Below are positions 31,270 through 43,017 of a stretch of 64,000 nt of DNA, one piece after another. A program made the position numbers and the translations under genes. Below the pieces are notes generated by a model that saw only the letters and a list, made by a program, of their open reading frames with translations, searched no databases and had not been told where the DNA came from. Every line of letters starts with the position of its first letter. Within the stretch, counting starts at the first letter, position 1. The DNA comes from Acidobacteriota bacterium (GTDB taxonomy: Bacteria > Acidobacteriota > Thermoanaerobaculia > Gp7-AA8). The stretch lies in NCBI GenBank assembly GCA_019244185.1, contig JAFATB010000006.1:480001-544000 (forward strand). Direction: 5' to 3'.

Positions 31270-33113
31270 TGAGACGCCGCCTCGCCGCCGCCATCATCGC
31301 CGCCGCCGCGCTCGCCGCCGCGCACCCGCTGCGCGCCGAGCAGGCGTCGCCGCGCGATCTGTGGCCGCAGGCGCTGGCTTCCGCGCGCGACGGCGACTAT
31401 GCCGACGCCGCGAAAAAAACGTCCGACCTCCTCACCGCCGGCCACGCGTACGGCGTGAAGACGTATCCGGTTTACGCCACGGCCGCCGCGGGACTCGCGC
31501 GCGAGTCGGCGAAAGCAACCCCGGAGCTGAGCGCGTGGGCCGCGAAGGCCGCGCACGATCTCGATCCCGCGTCGCCGTCCGTTGCCTTCAGTGAAGCCGA
31601 TCGCGCCGCGGCGCACGGCGAGTGGGGCAAGGCGCTGCCGCTCGTCGCGCAGGGTTTCGCGCGCGTCTTCGGCAACTATCGCGCGCGGACGCTCGGCCAC
31701 GCGGATTTGCTGCTCGTCGTCGCGCTGGCGATCGCGCTCACCACGGTCGTCTTCGCGATCGCGCTCTTCTTCCGCTACGGCCGCTCGGCCGCGCACGACT
31801 TCCGCGAGCTGCTCGGCACGCGCGTGCACGGCGGCTCGGTGACCGTGCTCGCGTTCGCGATGCTGTTCCTGCCGCTGTTCCTCTGGCTCGGTCCGATGTG
31901 GCTGATCTTCTACTGGCTGGCGATCTTCTTCGGCTACGCCGCGCCGGCCGAGCGCGTCGTCGCGATCGTGCTGCTGCTCCTCGTCGCGCTCGTGCCGATC
32001 GTCGTCGACGCCGACGCCACCGGCATCGCCGGCATCGACAGCCCCGTGATGCAGGCCGCGATCGCGAGCAACGAACAGAGTTATCAGCCCGAGGCGATGC
32101 GTCGTTTGCAGGAGTTGCTCGCCATCGTTCCCGACAACGCGACGCTGCATCTGCTCCTCGGCAATCTGCAGAGCTTCGACGGGATGGAAGAGCAGGCCGC
32201 GCAGCATTACCGCCGCGCGATCGAGCTGCGGAAGAACTACGCCGGCGCGCACGTCAACCTCGGCAACCTGCACTTCCTCACCAACGAGTTCCCCGCCGCG
32301 ATCACCGAATACGAACAGGCGCAGGCGGACGATCCGAAGCTCGCCATCGCGTACTACAACGCCTCCGTCGCGGACGGCGAGACGTACAAGTTCGACCAGC
32401 AGGCGCGCATGCTCGAGAAGGCGCGCGGCGCCGATCCCGGCGTCATCGACCGCCTCACGCGCAATCCGCCGCCGCAGAAGATCGTCATGTATCACCCGCC
32501 GCTCGACGAGGCGTGGGCGATCACGCGCGAGTTGTCGCAGCGCAAGGAACTGGCCTCGCTCTTCGGCAACTACGCGCAGTTCGCTCCGGCCGCGAGCGCG
32601 CTCAATCCGGTGACGCTCGGCGCGCTCGCGTCGCTGCTGCTCGCGGTCGTGCTCTGGCTCGCGCACCGCCGCGGCGGCTACGCGAACGCGTGCATCAAAT
32701 GCGGCCGCACGTTCTGCCACCGCTGCAAGTCGGCGCGCGAGAGCTCGACCTACTGCACGCAGTGCATCCACATCTATCTCAAGCGCGACGGCGTCTCGCT
32801 CGACACGAAACGCAAGAAGCTCGAGGAAGTCACCGAGCACCACTCCGGCATGCAGACGCGCAACCGCGTCTTCGCGACGTTCCTCCCCGGCTCCGCGCAG
32901 ATGCTCGAAGGACGCACGGCTTCCGGCGCCGCGGGCATGTTCGTCTTCGCCTTGCTCGTCGCGACGGCGATCTTCATCGGCCGGCTCGCGCCCGCCATCG
33001 GCCCGGTCGCCGACGTCGCGCATCTCATCGTGCGCATCGGCGCGGTCGCGCTCGCGGTCGTGCTCTGGCTGACGATGTCGCTCCCGGTGTACCGGCGGAG
33101 GGTCACCGGCTAG
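31269..33113 (+). CDS. Signal-peptide/TPR polytopic membrane protein with a Cys-rich Zn-finger
   Basis: Signal peptide, TM bundle, TPRs (AHVNLGNL..., AYYNAS), CIKCGRTFCHRC...CTQC, then more TMs. Confidence 0.75.
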   Translation: MRRRLAAAIIAAAALAAAHPLRAEQASPRDLWPQALASARDGDYADAAKKTSDLLTAGHAYGVKTYPVYATAAAGLARESAKATPELSAWAAKAAHDLDPASPSVAFSEADRAAAHGEWGKALPLVAQGFARVFGNYRARTLGHADLLLVVALAIALTTVVFAIALFFRYGRSAAHDFRELLGTRVHGGSVTVLAFAMLFLPLFLWLGPMWLIFYWLAIFFGYAAPAERVVAIVLLLLVALVPIVVDADATGIAGIDSPVMQAAIASNEQSYQPEAMRRLQELLAIVPDNATLHLLLGNLQSFDGMEEQAAQHYRRAIELRKNYAGAHVNLGNLHFLTNEFPAAITEYEQAQADDPKLAIAYYNASVADGETYKFDQQARMLEKARGADPGVIDRLTRNPPPQKIVMYHPPLDEAWAITRELSQRKELASLFGNYAQFAPAASALNPVTLGALASLLLAVVLWLAHRRGGYANACIKCGRTFCHRCKSARESSTYCTQCIHIYLKRDGVSLDTKRKKLEEVTEHHSGMQTRNRVFATFLPGSAQMLEGRTASGAAGMFVFALLVATAIFIGRLAPAIGPVADVAHLIVRIGAVALAVVLWLTMSLPVYRRRVTG

Positions 33114-34402
33114 TGGCACTCGAAGGCACGCTCCGCGACTTCAGTCTCGCCGATATCCTGCAGCTCATCGGGCTGCAGCGGAAAACGGGCGTGCTGACGC
33201 TGCGCGGCAAAGACGACACCGTCACCGTCACGTTCCTCGACGGTAAAGTCGTCGGCGCCGACTCGCTCAATCGCCGTCTCGAAAATCGCCTCGGCACGGT
33301 GCTCATGCGCACCGGCTTCCTCACGCAGGATCAGCTCAATCGCGCGCTCGAGATCCAGAAAGAGACGCTCCAGCGCCTCGGCTTCATCCTCACGCACTAC
33401 GGGATCATTTCGCAGGACTCGCTGCGCGAGGCGATCCAGCTGCAGATCATGCAGATCGTCTATCGCCTCTTCCGCTGGAAAGACGGCGACTACCAGTTCT
33501 CCCAGGAAACGACCATCGAGTACGACCGCGACAACGTCGTGCCGATCACCGCCGAATCGATCCTCATGGAAGGCGCGCGGATGATCGACGAGTGGCCGAT
33601 CATCGAGAAGCGCATCCGCTCGTACGACATGGTCTTCCGCAAGAAGCTGACGGACCAGGAGATCGTGGTCGTCGGCGCGGAGGAAGCGGACGAGATCGAC
33701 TTCGACGAGTCGAGCGTCATGCGGCGCCGCCGAGGAGTGTCGGACAAGATCCGCATCTCGCAGGAAGAGAAAGCGATCTACGACATGGTCGACGGCACGA
33801 TGACCGTCGGCGAGATCATCGAGGGCTCGCGCCTGCCGGAGTTCGACGCGAACAAGGCGCTGTACGAGCTGCTGACGCGCGACCTCATCGAAGAGATGCG
33901 CGGCCAGAGCGCCGCCGCGGTCGTGCAGCAGGCCACGCCGGTCGATGAAGACGAAGTCGCCGAAACGCCGGTGCCGCTGCCGCTCGTGCTGATCCTGGTG
34001 ATTCTCGCGCTCGCGTCGCTCGTGACGTCGTTCAAGAATCCGCTGAACGGGTTCGCGCCGCTCGGCGGCGGCCTCTCCGCGCCGGCGAGCACGCGCAAGG
34101 CGATCTCGCTGCAGCGCATCGAGGCCATCGGCACGGCCATCGACAAGTACAACGACGTGCACGGCGCGCCGCCGCGGACGCTCGCCGACCTCGTGCCGAA
34201 CTACCTCTCCGCGTCGTACCTGCACGACCCGTGGGGCAACGCGTACAAATACATCCCGCAGCCGGCGCGCTATCTCGTGATCGGCTTCACCGCCGACGGC
34301 AAGGCCGACACCGATCTCTTCCTCTCGCGCTCCATCGGCGCCGCGCCGGCTCCGTCGACGCCGGCGAAGCCGGAGACCGGCGGCATCGTGCTGATCGAAT
34401 AG
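33113..34402 (+). CDS. DUF4388 + tandem MshEN motif + TM + GspG/pseudopilin-like domain protein
   Basis: GTG start overlaps the upstream stop. ALEGTLRDFSLADILQLI...KTGVL, RLGxxLxxxG twice, TM helix, DPWGNAYKY. Confidence 0.8.
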   Translation: MALEGTLRDFSLADILQLIGLQRKTGVLTLRGKDDTVTVTFLDGKVVGADSLNRRLENRLGTVLMRTGFLTQDQLNRALEIQKETLQRLGFILTHYGIISQDSLREAIQLQIMQIVYRLFRWKDGDYQFSQETTIEYDRDNVVPITAESILMEGARMIDEWPIIEKRIRSYDMVFRKKLTDQEIVVVGAEEADEIDFDESSVMRRRRGVSDKIRISQEEKAIYDMVDGTMTVGEIIEGSRLPEFDANKALYELLTRDLIEEMRGQSAAAVVQQATPVDEDEVAETPVPLPLVLILVILALASLVTSFKNPLNGFAPLGGGLSAPASTRKAISLQRIEAIGTAIDKYNDVHGAPPRTLADLVPNYLSASYLHDPWGNAYKYIPQPARYLVIGFTADGKADTDLFLSRSIGAAPAPSTPAKPETGGIVLIE

Positions 34403-34405
34403 CCG

Positions 34406-36217
34406 ATGTGCGGCATCAACGGCATCTTCGCGTATCGCGCCGACGCACCGCCGGTCGATCGCAACGAGCTCCTCGCCTCGCGCGAATGCATGCGCTCGCG
34501 CGGACCCGACGCCGCCGACGCGTGGTTCTCGCACGACGGCCGCGTCGGACTCGGACACCGCCGCCTGGCCATCATCGATCTCTCGCCCGGCGGCGCGCAG
34601 CCGATGCGCCGCGGCGAGCGCGTCGTCGTCTACAACGGCGAGATCTACAACTACCGCGCGCTGCGCGCGGAGCTCGAGCGCGAGGGCGTGCACTTCTCGT
34701 CGCATTCGGACACGGAAGTGCTCCTCGCGCTCTATGCGCGGCGCGGCGTGGCCATGCTCGAGCAGCTGCGCGGCATGTTCGCGCTCGCGCTGTGGGACGG
34801 CGAGACGAACCGACTGCTGCTCGCGCGCGACCCGTACGGCATCAAGCCGCTCTACTACGCCGACGACGGCGGCACGCTCCGCATCGCCTCGCAGGTGAAG
34901 GCGCTCGTCGCCGGCGGACGCGTCTCGAAGCAGTTCGATCCCGCCGCCGCCGCGGGCTTCTTCCTGCGCGGCACCGTGCCGGAGCCGTTCACGATGTATC
35001 GCGCGATTCGCGCGCTGCCCGCCGGCTCGTACGCGTGGGTCGACGCGAACGGCATCGGCAATCCGGTGCCGTACTTCTCCATCGCAGCCACGCTGCGCGA
35101 CGGCGTCGCGCACGCGCGTGAGGTGAGCGACGACGAGCGCGCCGCGATCGTGCACGACGCGCTGCTCGAATCGGTGCGCTACCACATGGTCGCCGACGTG
35201 CCGGTCGGCGCGTTCCTCTCCGCCGGCATCGATTCCACGGCCATCGTCGCGCTCGCGCGCGAGAGCGGCGCGGACGATCTGCAGACGATGACGCTGCGCT
35301 TCGCCGAATACCGCGGCCGCGACAACGACGAGGCGCCGCTCGCGCAACTCGTCGCGCAGCAGTACGGCGTGCCGCACACCATCCGCGACCTCACGCGCGA
35401 CGACTTTCGCGCCGAGCTGCCGAAGATCTTCGCCGCGATGGACCAGCCCACCGTCGATGGCCTCAACAGCTACTTCATCAGCAAGGCCGCCGCGGAACTG
35501 GGGCTGAAGGTCGCGATGTCGGGCACCGGCGGCGACGAGCTGTTCGGCGGCTACACGTCCTTCCGCGACATCCCGCGCTGGATGCCGGTGACGCAGGTGC
35601 TCGCGCGCGTCCCCGGCCTCGGCGAAGGCGTGTACCGCGTCAACCGCGCGCTCGCGAAACGCAGCCGCCACATCAGCCCGAAGATGGGCGAGATCGTCCG
35701 CTACGGCGGCAGCTGGGCCGGCGCGTATCTCGTCAAGCGCGGACGCTTTCTCTCCTCCGAGCTCCCCGACGTCCTCGGCGACGACGTCGCTCGCGAAGGC
35801 CTCGCGCGCCTCGACCTCCTCGGCCTCCTCGAACGCGCCGTCACGCCCGATCCCGGCAACGCGTACGCGCGCATCGCCGCGCTGGAGTCGTCGCTCTATC
35901 TGCGCAATCAGCTGCTGCGCGACATGGACTGGGCGAGCATGGCCCATTCGCTGGAGGTGCGCGTACCGCTCGTCGACGCGCACCTGCTGCGCAAGCTCGC
36001 ACCGGTGCTCGTCACGCGCCGCGAGCGCGGCAAAGGCATCCTCGCGAATGCGCCGCGGCCGCCGCTGCCGCCGGAGATCCGGAAGCGCCGCAAGACGGGC
36101 TTCACGCTCCCCATCAAAGAATGGCTCCGGCAGGAAGGGCGGGTGGAGTTCGGGAAGCGCAGCTGGGCGCGCAGAGTCTACGAGGTGATGTTCGCGCCCG
36201 AGAACGGCTCCTACTGA
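34406..36217 (+). CDS. asnB: Asparagine synthase (glutamine-hydrolysing) family amidotransferase
   Basis: MCGI, RGPD, HRRLAIID, NGEIYN, SAGIDS, SGTGGDELFGGY, SLEVRVP. Confidence 0.92.
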   Translation: MCGINGIFAYRADAPPVDRNELLASRECMRSRGPDAADAWFSHDGRVGLGHRRLAIIDLSPGGAQPMRRGERVVVYNGEIYNYRALRAELEREGVHFSSHSDTEVLLALYARRGVAMLEQLRGMFALALWDGETNRLLLARDPYGIKPLYYADDGGTLRIASQVKALVAGGRVSKQFDPAAAAGFFLRGTVPEPFTMYRAIRALPAGSYAWVDANGIGNPVPYFSIAATLRDGVAHAREVSDDERAAIVHDALLESVRYHMVADVPVGAFLSAGIDSTAIVALARESGADDLQTMTLRFAEYRGRDNDEAPLAQLVAQQYGVPHTIRDLTRDDFRAELPKIFAAMDQPTVDGLNSYFISKAAAELGLKVAMSGTGGDELFGGYTSFRDIPRWMPVTQVLARVPGLGEGVYRVNRALAKRSRHISPKMGEIVRYGGSWAGAYLVKRGRFLSSELPDVLGDDVAREGLARLDLLGLLERAVTPDPGNAYARIAALESSLYLRNQLLRDMDWASMAHSLEVRVPLVDAHLLRKLAPVLVTRRERGKGILANAPRPPLPPEIRKRRKTGFTLPIKEWLRQEGRVEFGKRSWARRVYEVMFAPENGSY

Positions 36218-36236
36218 TCACTGCTCGGTGCGTTCA

Positions 36237-36707
36237 TCACTGAACGACAATGGTCTTCGTCATCCCCTTCTCGCGGTGATGATCGACCGGACAGTAGATC
36301 GTGTACGTGCCCGGCTTGAGCGTCACGGTGACGGTGCCGTTGTTGCCGCGCGACAGGATCTCCGACTTTTGCGCGACGCCGTTGCCTTCGATGGCGAAGG
36401 CGTGGTTCTCCTTGCCGGCGTTGTCGACGCGGAAGTTCACCGTGCCCGCGTGCAGCGTGTCCGGCATGTTGATCTGATACTCGAGCAGATCGACGCGCTG
36501 GATCGGTGAGACGACGGTCGGCCGGCTCGCCGGCTCGTCGCGCTGCGGGTTGAGCGACGGATCGAGCCGCGCAGTCGCGCGCGGACCGTTGCCGTCGGAG
36601 ACCGTCGAGTTCTTCGGCGGCGACGTCTTCGCCTCGTCGCGGCCGTTGCCGCCGCATGCGACGCCGCAGAGAAGCGCGAGCAGCGCGGGCAGGATCGCCT
36701 TGCGCAT
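36237..36707 (-). CDS. Cupredoxin-domain lipoprotein
   Basis: Lipobox GVAC and type-1 copper ligand pattern H...C-x4-H-x4-M (NHAF...YCPVDHHREKGM). Confidence 0.8.
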   Translation of the reverse strand: MRKAILPALLALLCGVACGGNGRDEAKTSPPKNSTVSDGNGPRATARLDPSLNPQRDEPASRPTVVSPIQRVDLLEYQINMPDTLHAGTVNFRVDNAGKENHAFAIEGNGVAQKSEILSRGNNGTVTVTLKPGTYTIYCPVDHHREKGMTKTIVVQ

Positions 36708-36709
36708 CG

Positions 36710-37039
36710 CTACTGCTTCCGCGTCGTGGTCACGACGGTGGCCGTCGTCTCGGTCGGCGTCGTGACGGACTGCGTGGTCGTCGTCGGCGTCACGATCGTC
36801 GAGCTCGTGTCGGTCGGCGTGACGACGGCCGTGCCGTTCGCCGCGAGCGGGGCGGTGGCCGAAGTACCGGTCGCCGGCGCGGTCGCCACCGTGTCCGTCT
36901 CCGCGGTGCTGGTTCCCGCCGAATCGCTCGCCGCGGCCGTCGAGGCGTTCGTGTCAGACGTGTCCGTCGACGATTCATGTCCCTTGCACGCAACGAAGAG
37001 AACGAGCAACGCCACGAGCGGCAACACCAGCTTACGCAT
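36710..37039 (-). CDS. Small Thr/Ser-rich low-complexity lipoprotein
   Basis: MRKLVLPLVALLVLFVAC followed by a T/S/A-rich tail. SD GAGGAG. Confidence 0.7.
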   Translation of the reverse strand: MRKLVLPLVALLVLFVACKGHESSTDTSDTNASTAAASDSAGTSTAETDTVATAPATGTSATAPLAANGTAVVTPTDTSSTIVTPTTTTQSVTTPTETTATVVTTTRKQ

Positions 37040-37078
37040 TCCGGAAACTCCTCTCGAACATCGTTGTCCGCATGGCAG

Positions 37079-37093
37079 GCAAAACTTGTTCCC
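37079..37093 (-). promoter_or_regulatory. Possible sigma54 (-24/-12) promoter
   Basis: GGGAAC-AAGTT-TTGC gives GG-N10-GC, about 40 nt upstream of ATG 37039. Confidence 0.4.
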
Positions 37094-37112
37094 TTGCGTT
37101 AGGCTGCGCCGA

Positions 37113-38705
37113 ATGCAACGGCAATGGACGTACTTCGCCGCGGTCGCGGCGCTCACGCTCCTGGCCTGCATCCGCGTCGCCTCGACGTGGCGCGTCTTCA
37201 GCGAGACGCTCGACGAGCCGGTGCATCTCGCCGCCGGCTACCAGTGGTTCGTGGGCCCGTATACCGTCGATCCGAGCCATCCGCCGCTCGCCCGCGCGCT
37301 CTGCGCGCTGCCGCTGTGGCTCGCCGGCTACCCGAATCCGAAGGCGACCGACGACACCGACAAAGGCAACGAGCTCCTCTACCACGGCGACCGCTACGAG
37401 AAGACGCTCGCCCGCGCGCGCGCCGGCAATCTCCCGCTGCTGATCCTCGCCTGCGCCGCCGTCGCGCTGTGGGCGCGGCGCGCGTTCTCGCAACGCGTCG
37501 CGATTCTCGCCGTCGCGCTCTTCACGAACCTGCCGCCGATCCTCGGACACGCCGGCCTCGTCACGACCGATCTCGCCGTGGCCGCCACGCTGCCGTTCGC
37601 GCTCTACGCGCTCGATCGTTTTCTCGAACTTGCCACGCCGCGCCGCGCCGCGCTTCTCGGACTCGCCATCGGCCTCGGCGTGCTCTCGAAGATGTCGTTC
37701 ATCGTCTACTTTCCCGCGACGGCGGTCGTGCTCGTGATCGCGCGCTGGCGCCCGCGCGTCGCGTGGAAGCCCGTGCTGATCGCACTCGCCGTCGCGTTCT
37801 TCGTCACGTGGGGCGGCTACCGCTTCTCGTTCGGGCGTCCGGTCACGTACGGCGGCGACTTCGCGACGTACGTCTTCGATCAGATGGCGCCCGTCGACGC
37901 GCTGCGCGTTCCGCTGCGCTGGATCGCCAACGAGGTGCCGATGCCCGCGCCCGCGCTTCCGATCGGCCTCGGCATCGTGGCCGTGCACGATCGCGGCGGC
38001 CACGGCACGTACCTTCTCGGCCGCTACAGCGACAAAGGCTGGTGGTATTACTTCCCCGTCGTCTTCTTCTACAAGACGCCGATCCCGTTTCTGCTGCTGC
38101 TCGCGTGGGGGATCGCGCTCCTCGTCCGCGAGCGCGATCGCGTGCGGCTCGCGTACGTCGGCGCCGCACTCGCGATCCTGCTCGTGGCGATGCACGGCAA
38201 GATCAACATCGGCATCCGGCATCTGCTCCCGATTTACGCGCCGCTCGCCATCGTCGCCGCGCACGCGGTCGCGGAGATCTGGCGGCGTGCGACGGATGCG
38301 TTCGGCCGCACCGCGCTCGTTGCGTTGCTGGCGTGGCTCTTCATCGGCGTCGCGATCGAACATCCCGACTACCTGGCGTGGTTCAACGAGGCCGCGCGCC
38401 CCGATCCGTCGCGCATCACCGTCGACAGCAATCTCGATTGGGGACAGGACGTACTGCGCCTCGCGCGCGTCTACCGCGAGATGCACCTCGAGGGACTGCA
38501 CACCGACATCTTCACGAACGCGAAGCTCGAACGCCACGGCGTGCCGCAGATCGACGTGCACGCCGGCACGAAAGTCACCGGCTGGCTCGCCGTCAGCGAC
38601 ACGGCCATGATCTTCAAGCAGCGCTGGGGCGAGTACGCGTGGCTGCGGATGTACCGGCCGGTGAGGCGGATCGGCAAATCGATCCGCCTCTACTACATCG
38701 AATAG
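37113..38705 (+). CDS. ArnT/PMT-like (GT-C) membrane glycosyltransferase
   Basis: TLDEPVH, HPPL, LVTTD, KTP, GIRHLLP, DSNLDWGQD. Confidence 0.85.
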   Translation: MQRQWTYFAAVAALTLLACIRVASTWRVFSETLDEPVHLAAGYQWFVGPYTVDPSHPPLARALCALPLWLAGYPNPKATDDTDKGNELLYHGDRYEKTLARARAGNLPLLILACAAVALWARRAFSQRVAILAVALFTNLPPILGHAGLVTTDLAVAATLPFALYALDRFLELATPRRAALLGLAIGLGVLSKMSFIVYFPATAVVLVIARWRPRVAWKPVLIALAVAFFVTWGGYRFSFGRPVTYGGDFATYVFDQMAPVDALRVPLRWIANEVPMPAPALPIGLGIVAVHDRGGHGTYLLGRYSDKGWWYYFPVVFFYKTPIPFLLLLAWGIALLVRERDRVRLAYVGAALAILLVAMHGKINIGIRHLLPIYAPLAIVAAHAVAEIWRRATDAFGRTALVALLAWLFIGVAIEHPDYLAWFNEAARPDPSRITVDSNLDWGQDVLRLARVYREMHLEGLHTDIFTNAKLERHGVPQIDVHAGTKVTGWLAVSDTAMIFKQRWGEYAWLRMYRPVRRIGKSIRLYYIE

Positions 38706-38710
38706 CCGTC

Positions 38711-41326
<2,616 letters not shown>

Positions 41327-41339
41327 GGTGTTACCTCAC

Positions 41340-41360
41340 ATTGAGTCTAGTTGACTCAAG
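41340..41360 (-). promoter_or_regulatory. HAIR (HspR-type) operator
   Basis: CTTGAGT-N7-ACTCAAT, 13/14 match to CTTGAGT-N7-ACTCAAG, 13 nt upstream of the clpB ATG. Confidence 0.8.
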
Positions 41361-41646
41361 TCACATAACCAGCTGTATTTCATCAGCATTCCGGGAGGCG
41401 TGCACAGAGCGTACGCAGGCGTAGCGTGGCGGGTGATCGTAATCGCCGGCTGCACCGACGGACCGGCAGTTCGCACGAATGTGTCGAGGTGCGTGGCGGG
41501 TGTTCGACAACGACGAGTTCGCCGGCCCGAACTCACTCGCTGCCCGGCGCGCCGAGAGTTCGTGCCGCCGGCTCTCCTTTGGATCACGCAGCTGGCGTAC
41601 GCGGGAGTTTTGCCACAGCACCTTGCCGTGAAGAAGGCGAGCATGT

Positions 41647-41730
41647 GCGCGCGTCGCATCACGCGAGCGCTGTAGAACGCCTACAGTGCCTCGCCGCCGA
41701 ATCGATCGGCTTTTTTGATGCGACGCGCGC
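41647..41730 (+). other. Three-way-junction structured element
   Basis: A perfect 15-bp outer inverted repeat encloses two hairpins; the second is followed by T6. Confidence 0.55.
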
Positions 41731-41759
41731 TGCCGTCGTCGATCTGAGAAGCGTGAGGA

Positions 41760-42122
41760 CTACGCGTTGCCCTGGAACCAGAGAACGATGTCCGAGAGCT
41801 CGGTGAAACGAAAGTCGCTCGAATTCGTGAAGAACTGAAACAGGTTCTCGCCGGCCTTGACGATGTTCGCAGACACGACTTCCTGGATGCAGCGCATCGG
41901 CTGGTCGGTGCCGCCGCTGGTGTTCCACGTCCACACGTCCGTACCGTTGATGCTGACCCGGAGCGTCATGTCATCGGCGCTCGCCACCTTGAACATGAAG
42001 CTGAGGACACAGCGGGAGGCCGCGTGAAAGTTACTCGGAACGTTGAACCTGATGGTGTTCGTGCTGCCGTCGTCCACATGCCAGGCGTCGGCGATAATCA
42101 CGTAATCGGCCACTCTAGCCAT
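41760..42122 (-). CDS. Hypothetical beta-rich protein (120 aa)
   Basis: SD AGGAG 7 nt before ATG 42122, with protein-like composition. Confidence 0.65.
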   Translation of the reverse strand: MARVADYVIIADAWHVDDGSTNTIRFNVPSNFHAASRCVLSFMFKVASADDMTLRVSINGTDVWTWNTSGGTDQPMRCIQEVVSANIVKAGENLFQFFTNSSDFRFTELSDIVLWFQGNA

Positions 42123-42280
42123 CATCAATCTCCTGATGCGCCGCGGGCGCAGTTCTTTTAAGTCGAAGTCGTCCTCGTCATCGAGTTTCGGCCTTCGTAC
42201 CCATAGTGCGCCGAGGCCGCCGAGCGTTTCATGCAGGTGCATATTTTCCTGAGCCGCGTCGAGAACTGGCTCCCGAAGCG

Positions 42281-42332
42281 ACCGCACGTGCTGCTCGGCT
42301 CGGCCCTTAGCGCAGCCGGCCGCGCCGGCCCG
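42281..42332 (-). repeat. 52-bp dispersed intergenic element, copy 2
   Basis: Reverse complement is 47/52 identical to 7665-7716. Confidence 0.85.
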
Positions 42333-42351
42333 GGCCAGCTATAGTCGCGGC

Positions 42352-43005
42352 GTGCTGCGCAAGCTCTCACCCGCGGGCGAGTTGCTCCTCGTCAACCTGC
42401 TCTGCTTCGGTCCGTTCGCGGTGATGAGCGCGCGCGATCTGATGCAGAGCCTCGCCACGCATTCGACGACGCTGCTGTACGACGACCGCAGGCTCTACAC
42501 CTTCGTCGCGATCGAGGTCGTCTGCGGCACGCTCTCGATTCTGTTGTTGCGCGCGCGCGGCTGGCGGCGCAGCGACTTCGGATTGCGCGCGAACTTCCCG
42601 CTCACGATCGCGGGACTGGTGCTCTTCCTCGTGGCGAACGTCTCCATCGCCGGCTTGTATCTCCTCTTCAAGACCGCGACCGGGCTCGATCTCGTCGCGC
42701 GCATGCAGCCGGTCACGCGCACCACGTGGCCCGCGCTCGTGCTGCTGCTCGCGATCGATCCGTTGTACGAGGAGACGTTCGAAGTCGCGTACAACATCCG
42801 CGCGACGGAGAAGCTCGGCCCCGCGTTCGGCATCACGCTGAGCGCGGCGATCCGGCTCATCTGTCATCTGTATCAGGGACCGATCGCACCGCTGACGATC
42901 CTGCCGCTCGGGCTCATCTTCGGCTTCGTGTACTGGAAGTGGCGGCGCGTGTGGCCGCTCGCGGTCGCGCATGGCTGGGCGATGTATTTCGGTTTGCACA
43001 GTTAG
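42352..43005 (+). CDS. CPBP/CAAX family intramembrane metalloprotease
   Basis: TM segments with YEETF, CHLYQG and AVAHG motifs. Confidence 0.8.
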   Translation: MLRKLSPAGELLLVNLLCFGPFAVMSARDLMQSLATHSTTLLYDDRRLYTFVAIEVVCGTLSILLLRARGWRRSDFGLRANFPLTIAGLVLFLVANVSIAGLYLLFKTATGLDLVARMQPVTRTTWPALVLLLAIDPLYEETFEVAYNIRATEKLGPAFGITLSAAIRLICHLYQGPIAPLTILPLGLIFGFVYWKWRRVWPLAVAHGWAMYFGLHS

Positions 43006-43017
43006 AATGAGGCTCCC

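Noticed and set aside
31622-34402. 926-aa ORF from the track
   Set aside because: The first ~497 codons are an off-frame shadow of the TPR gene. The real protein starts at GTG 33113.
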